From Fidelibacterota bacterium (GTDB lineage Bacteria; Fidelibacterota; Marinisomatia; Marinisomatales; TCS55), in contig JAPNQO010000049.1 in NCBI GenBank assembly GCA_027251445.1, positions 1 to 22,674 of the forward strand: DNA of 22,674 bases, given 5' to 3'. Position 1 is the stretch's first letter, and each line of letters opens with the position of its first letter. Positions 18,101 through 22,674 of this stretch are shown here, in pieces. The notes below the pieces were generated by a model. It did not search any database and was not told the DNA's origin. It saw only the letters and a list, made by a program, of their open reading frames with translations. The translations under genes were made by a program, and so were the position numbers.

Positions 18101-18844
18101 TTAAAAGAATATTTTATAATAAAGCGGGGTTGGTAACCAGCGAGTTAAATAAATGATAGTTTTATACTGCCAGGGTAAAATATATGTTTTTTTACCCTTG
18201 TCAATTGCTTTCACCATTTTTTTAGCTGCCTGATCTGTTTGAAGAAGAAATGGCATAGGAAATTTATTTTCATCTGTCATTTCACTAACGATGAACCCAG
18301 GGCAAATTGCAGTTAATTGTATTTTGTATTTCTTTAATGCCATCCTCCAGCTATCAGCAAACATTCGAACGGCAGCTTTTGATGAAGAATACCCACCATG
18401 ATAAGCTATAGGTCTAAAGCTAGCTATAGAACTAATAATTACAATTTTACCTGATTTAGCTTCTTTCATATTTGGAACAAAAGGGATGATTGAATTTGTT
18501 ACACCTATAACATTTGTAGAAATTACTTTATTAATCTGTTTGGGATCACCTGAGCCAATCTTATCTGAATATGCAACACCTGCATTTGCTATTACTATGT
18601 CAATATTTTTAACATGATCTAAAAATTGTTTTGCAATTTTAGTTGATTGGTTTTCATCCGTAACATCAAGTGTATATACCAAGACTTCCTTTGCGCCAAA
18701 CTCTCTACATTTATTAGCAACATCATCTAGTTTTTCGGTTCTTCTTGCACATAAGCCTAAAATAGCCCCTCGTTTTGCATACTCAATTGCAAGCGCTTCC
18801 CCAATTCCACTACTAGCACCAGTTATAAAAATTTTTTCATTCAT
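18101..18844 (-). CDS. Classical short-chain dehydrogenase/reductase (SDR)
   Basis: Motifs TGASSGIG, ARR, NAG, ISS, YSSSK and PGF..S.MT..N.FPMPF. ATGA overlap with the upstream gene. Confidence 0.93.
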   Translation of the reverse strand: MNEKIFITGASSGIGEALAIEYAKRGAILGLCARRTEKLDDVANKCREFGAKEVLVYTLDVTDENQSTKIAKQFLDHVKNIDIVIANAGVAYSDKIGSGDPKQINKVISTNVIGVTNSIIPFVPNMKEAKSGKIVIISSIASFRPIAYHGGYSSSKAAVRMFADSWRMALKKYKIQLTAICPGFIVSEMTDENKFPMPFLLQTDQAAKKMVKAIDKGKKTYILPWQYKTIIYLTRWLPTPLYYKIFF

Positions 18845-19392
18845 AATGTTTTTAAATATTGTTTTGTTGTTGATCTTCTAAAATTATCCAATGCATCATA
18901 TTCATTAAAATATTTCATTGTTAATCGTATTAAAATAACGCCATTATTTGAAGATGCATAAGCAATAGGCAAATTATGTTTAAAAGTTTTATCTTTTGAG
19001 ACAATGAATTGAAAACTATCTTTTTCAATCTCCGTATTTGTTATTTTATAAAAAGCATCTGTATTACGATTGTGAGCGTGAATAGACCAATATCTATCAT
19101 TTGAAGGAACTGGAGTGCTAACTTGTAGATTACCTTTACTTAAATCATATGGAATAATTGTATATATAAAATCAGGATTTGGTTTTCTTGATGAGGCTGC
19201 ATCACCTATGCAAATTGGATCGGGGTATATGATACCATCCACCCATCGCTTGCCACACTCTTCACGAAAATTTATTCGTGATTCATGAAGGTCTTTATCT
19301 AACTTGGCCATAACTAGTCTTGGCCCAATCCAAAGAAAAAAAGATTGAGATAAAACTAAAGAAATAATGAATTTTAATACCCAATTAATCAT
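18841..19392 (-). CDS. DUF1254-like domain protein with N-terminal membrane anchor
   Basis: PNPDFIY...YDLSKG and RYWSI...NTDAF motifs; C-terminal GVILIRL; N-terminal hydrophobic segment. Confidence 0.75.
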   Translation of the reverse strand: MINWVLKFIISLVLSQSFFLWIGPRLVMAKLDKDLHESRINFREECGKRWVDGIIYPDPICIGDAASSRKPNPDFIYTIIPYDLSKGNLQVSTPVPSNDRYWSIHAHNRNTDAFYKITNTEIEKDSFQFIVSKDKTFKHNLPIAYASSNNGVILIRLTMKYFNEYDALDNFRRSTTKQYLKTL

Positions 19393-19393
19393 T

Positions 19394-19993
19394 TCATTTC
19401 AACGGTAAAATTGATCCGACTGGTACAGAGTCTTTATTTTCATAATAGGAAAGTTTAGGACCGTATATTCGCATGACGATATTAAAGTCTTTGCCAGCAT
19501 GAGTAATAGATTGTTTGTTTGGATACTTTGTTGGATCATCTGTAATAATAATTTCATATTCCCCAAGATCATTTAAAATGGTTCTATGTGAGCTTGCAAT
19601 TGTTTGTTCATGTGGTTCAATCCTTCCATTTAGAAAATCATATGTTACAAAACTCCAATATCTACTTTCCGGTGCGACCCCTTTCAATATATAATCATTA
19701 CTACCCAAGAGAGGAGTATTGAAATCATCATACATAGATTCCAAATAAATAATTTCAGGTCGTACGCTACCCAATAGACCTGTGAAGGCAACATAATTTC
19801 TTAGCCAAGGATTTTGCCCCTCCATTGATTGATCATAATGAGCAATCCATTGATTTCGTTTAACATCTCCTAGTAAAAATTGAGCGAGTGGGTTTGTATA
19901 TGTAAACTGGTAAAATATTAGAAAACTTAAAAAAATACCCGAAACTATTGGCAAAATAGTTTGAATTAATGCCTCCTGTTTTCTTGTGTCCAT
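19394..19993 (-). CDS. DUF1214-like domain protein with N-terminal membrane anchor
   Basis: EIIY...DDFNTPLLGSNDYIL, RYWSFVTYD and FNIVMRIYGP motifs; N-terminal TM helix. Confidence 0.78.
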   Translation of the reverse strand: MDTRKQEALIQTILPIVSGIFLSFLIFYQFTYTNPLAQFLLGDVKRNQWIAHYDQSMEGQNPWLRNYVAFTGLLGSVRPEIIYLESMYDDFNTPLLGSNDYILKGVAPESRYWSFVTYDFLNGRIEPHEQTIASSHRTILNDLGEYEIIITDDPTKYPNKQSITHAGKDFNIVMRIYGPKLSYYENKDSVPVGSILPLK

Positions 19994-20069
19994 AGTTTAT
20001 TCAATTTAAGTTCAAAAAAAATTTCCGTCCCAATTATAAAGAAAATAACGCAACAAGACATTTGATCCA

Positions 20070-22433
20070 ATGAAAGGTGAAAACAGAGTACAAAATCGCC
20101 TTGATAGCGTGGAGTTATGGCTAACATGGATTTTGCCTGTAGCAGGTATATTGTTAGGTCTTTATAAATGGGTAATTCAATCGAATGCACCTTATTTCTT
20201 TTTATATACTTTAATTCCACCGATTCTATTTGGGTATACTTTTGAATATTGGTCAAACAAACATTGGAGGCTTTCTGCTTGGCGTACAAATAATAGTCAG
20301 GATGGTTTTCAATCTACGATAGGACTGATTTACGGAGGGTTTTCTCAGCTTTTATTATTCTGTTTAGGTAATTCATTATCATTTAGTAATAGTGTGAGCG
20401 GAAAAATCGAATGGATTTTGATGTTCACATTTGTTGGCACTATTACTGGACTATTATATTTGATGTTATCAATAGAAGATGGGTTTTATACTATTTTTAA
20501 TGCCTCTTATTATAAAAAAGAAAGTTCTGTACGTTCAGCTTTACGTAGCGGAATAACATTCTACAGTATTTTTTATTTTTTATTTTCATTTATCTGTATG
20601 GTAGGACATTCTTTTTTAATGGGATCAGTACCAATTTCATTTTTTCTTTGGCTTACAGTTATAGCTTCATTTATCCTCATTGTACCTTTATCAATTATTG
20701 GTTATAACAGCTTTCATCAATTAGAAGAATACAGATTAAGCAATGAAGGTATGGAAGTTCAAACTGATACTTTTGCCTTGTTGTTAAAATATCGTAAAAG
20801 AATTTTCCAGTCTTTTGTAATTATCACATTAACATCTTTGGTAGTATTTATTTCATGGACCGTAAATATGTCTAAGCGTGAAATACCCAATTATGTATCA
20901 TCAGATATCAAATTGGCCCATGATCTTATAACTTCGCCTGGCGATACATCTCTACTAGTAAGTCTAATACCTGGTAAAAAAGGACCATTTACCTTGTGCC
21001 CAGATTTTGATAGAAGAATCCGTAGGTATTCTTGGGTTCCACAATCAGAAAATGATGTTTTAACGCTTGTCCCCAAGTACGATGAGGCAGTCATTGCAGT
21101 ATCATTAAATGATCGTACAATCCCTATGTCAGGTCCCATTAAAATCCCAGGAAATAAGGCCGGTAAGGAATATAAGATTTCCTTACGAAGTGGGGATGAG
21201 AATAAGATATCGGAATATGTGGTAGTAGTACTTCCTACTAGTTTTCTTCCATTACAAGTTAAGATTCATGATTTTGATATGGTGGGTGATGGATATATTT
21301 TTTCAGGAAATTTTACTGTTCCAAAATTTAGGGACTGGTCTATGATCTTCCGTGATACGTACGAAGAATGGGGGAGTGATGGCATGTGGGATGCTTTGTT
21401 TAATACACTTTACTCACGATTTACAGTTCCTGAACAGGCTTCAAAGCAGACGGACACACCAATCCCTGAACCATCACGCCCATACCTTCCTTATATGTAT
21501 GTCCTTGATAAATATGGAACTCCGTTATTCTATCAGATGTCTGGTTTTGGTTTTTCTGCTTTCCGACCATATAAATATGGTTTCCATTATGGTGTGATTC
21601 ATGAATACATCCAATATGCTATTGGTTTAGGAAGAACAAACCTATTGGATGATAATTTTGAACCAGTAGGTTCACAGATTATACCATTACAAGATGTGCG
21701 TACCGAACTACATGAATTCCGATGGTTAGATGATGGTCGCATTATTCAAATTGGATCAAAAAATCATCCATGGCCTGATGGAAGATTAGAATCTATTGAA
21801 AGTGGTTATATCTATATTACGGATGAAGAAGGTAATAAGCTTTTTGAATGGGATTCATATGACCATGTCCCAATTGAATTAAGTTCTGTGCCCGTAGAGG
21901 ATTGGTCAATGCGGTCCTATGATTATTTTCATATGAATAATGTGACTCCACTTACTGATGGAAATTATTTAGTCTCAGCCAGACATACCCAAACAGTCAT
22001 GAAAATTGATGCAACTAACGGAGATGTGCTATGGCAAATGGGCAAGGGAAGAGCAAATGAATTCACTTTTATTGATGATCCTTATGATGGGTTTTCCCAT
22101 CAACACGCAGCATACGAACTCAAGAATGGAAATATATTGTTGTTTGATAATGGATTAGATCATTCCAAAAAACTTTCACGTGTATTGGAATATAAATTGG
22201 ACGAAAAAGCAAAAACTGCTACATTAGTTTTTAGTAAAGAATTCCCAATGTATCAAGCCTATGTTGCTGGCAATGCATATCGAATGGAAAATGGAAACAC
22301 CATTGCTGCATTTGGTTCGCAAGGATATGTTGAGGAATTTGATGAATTTGGTTGGCCTGCACTTTCATACAGACAAGGAGGGTTAATTTATCAAGCTATT
22401 AAAACTAATTTTCCGTGGAGTAGAAATAAATAA
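20070..22433 (+). CDS. Arylsulfate sulfotransferase (ASST)-family protein fused to an N-terminal polytopic membrane domain and a beta-sandwich linker
   Basis: C-terminal ELHEF, DYFHMNNV, LVSARHT, FSHQHAA, LFDNG and GNAYRMENGNT are ASST beta-propeller motifs. Roughly the first 265 aa contain about 7 hydrophobic helices. Confidence 0.85.
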   Translation: MKGENRVQNRLDSVELWLTWILPVAGILLGLYKWVIQSNAPYFFLYTLIPPILFGYTFEYWSNKHWRLSAWRTNNSQDGFQSTIGLIYGGFSQLLLFCLGNSLSFSNSVSGKIEWILMFTFVGTITGLLYLMLSIEDGFYTIFNASYYKKESSVRSALRSGITFYSIFYFLFSFICMVGHSFLMGSVPISFFLWLTVIASFILIVPLSIIGYNSFHQLEEYRLSNEGMEVQTDTFALLLKYRKRIFQSFVIITLTSLVVFISWTVNMSKREIPNYVSSDIKLAHDLITSPGDTSLLVSLIPGKKGPFTLCPDFDRRIRRYSWVPQSENDVLTLVPKYDEAVIAVSLNDRTIPMSGPIKIPGNKAGKEYKISLRSGDENKISEYVVVVLPTSFLPLQVKIHDFDMVGDGYIFSGNFTVPKFRDWSMIFRDTYEEWGSDGMWDALFNTLYSRFTVPEQASKQTDTPIPEPSRPYLPYMYVLDKYGTPLFYQMSGFGFSAFRPYKYGFHYGVIHEYIQYAIGLGRTNLLDDNFEPVGSQIIPLQDVRTELHEFRWLDDGRIIQIGSKNHPWPDGRLESIESGYIYITDEEGNKLFEWDSYDHVPIELSSVPVEDWSMRSYDYFHMNNVTPLTDGNYLVSARHTQTVMKIDATNGDVLWQMGKGRANEFTFIDDPYDGFSHQHAAYELKNGNILLFDNGLDHSKKLSRVLEYKLDEKAKTATLVFSKEFPMYQAYVAGNAYRMENGNTIAAFGSQGYVEEFDEFGWPALSYRQGGLIYQAIKTNFPWSRNK

Positions 22434-22451
22434 TATCAAGTTTAGGAATTT

Positions 22452-22674
22452 ATGAACATGAAAAATTATGCTAGAATATTTATAATCTTTTTATTTATCT
22501 CATTTATTTCTGCACAAACCTACGTCCCCGATGATAATTTTGAGCAAGCACTCATTGATCTGGGCTATGATGATGTGTTGGATGATTATGTTATTACAGA
22601 TAGTATTAATACAGTTACTACTTTAGATGTTTCCAATGACTCAATCAGTGATCTAACGGGGATTGAAGGTTTTA
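22452..22674 (+). CDS. Secreted leucine-rich-repeat (internalin-like) protein, 5' part; runs off the window
   Basis: Not in the ORF track. AGGA SD, then MNMKNYARIFIIFLFISFISAQTYVPDDNFEQALIDLGYDDVLDDYVITDSINTVTTLDVSNDSISDLTGIEG: signal peptide, PDxxF LRR cap and first LRR (LDVSNxxISDLTGIE). Confidence 0.85.
   Translation, partial: MNMKNYARIFIIFLFISFISAQTYVPDDNFEQALIDLGYDDVLDDYVITDSINTVTTLDVSNDSISDLTGIEGF

Noticed and set aside
18101..18844. SDR as 3-ketodihydrosphingosine reductase for the Spt-like locus
   Set aside because: Only generic SDR motifs are present, and the gene is far from the synthase in another operon.
19966..20289. 107-aa - strand ORF
   Set aside because: It overlaps both flanking genes and spans the divergent promoter region; no recognisable motifs.
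20891..21597. 82-aa (-) and 81-aa (+, alternate frame) ORFs
   Set aside because: Nested in the ASST fusion gene with no independent support.
1..22674. tRNA/rRNA, CRISPR arrays, IS elements, prophage or defence genes
   Set aside because: Intergenic gaps are all under about 100 nt. I saw no repeat-spacer pattern and no transposase, integrase or nuclease motifs.

Overview
AT-rich, densely packed bacterial chromosomal window, probably from a streamlined marine lineage (a Marinimicrobia/FCB-type organism is a guess). It holds about 22 protein-coding genes. I found no RNA genes, mobile elements or CRISPR arrays. Four modules stand out. (1) 1-3521 (+): alpha/beta-hydrolase fragment, serine palmitoyltransferase-like alpha-oxoamine synthase, ADC/DUF2071-fold protein and a divergent DAGK/sphingosine-kinase-family kinase, a candidate non-canonical sphingolipid-like locus. 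(2) 7290-12099: Na+/solute symporter plus a split ACAD10/11 (LvaA/LvaC-like) dehydrogenase-kinase pair, convergent on a membrane-anchored beta-propeller hydrolase. (3) 13234-14391: an unannotated 4-His membrane protein abutting yceI, probably a cryptic cytochrome b561. (4) 14425-19993 (-): a six-gene operon (DUF1214, DUF1254, SDR, a group II decarboxylase with the CSAD-type F-x19-S-x-Y signature, a TagF/GT-B-like transferase, an ATP-grasp protein), divergent from an arylsulfotransferase fused to a polytopic membrane domain. Module 4 is the best candidate for an undescribed system: making taurine/hypotaurine (or beta-alanine) and ligating it to an envelope glycan or lipid. All functional calls come from motif recognition by eye; no searches were run.
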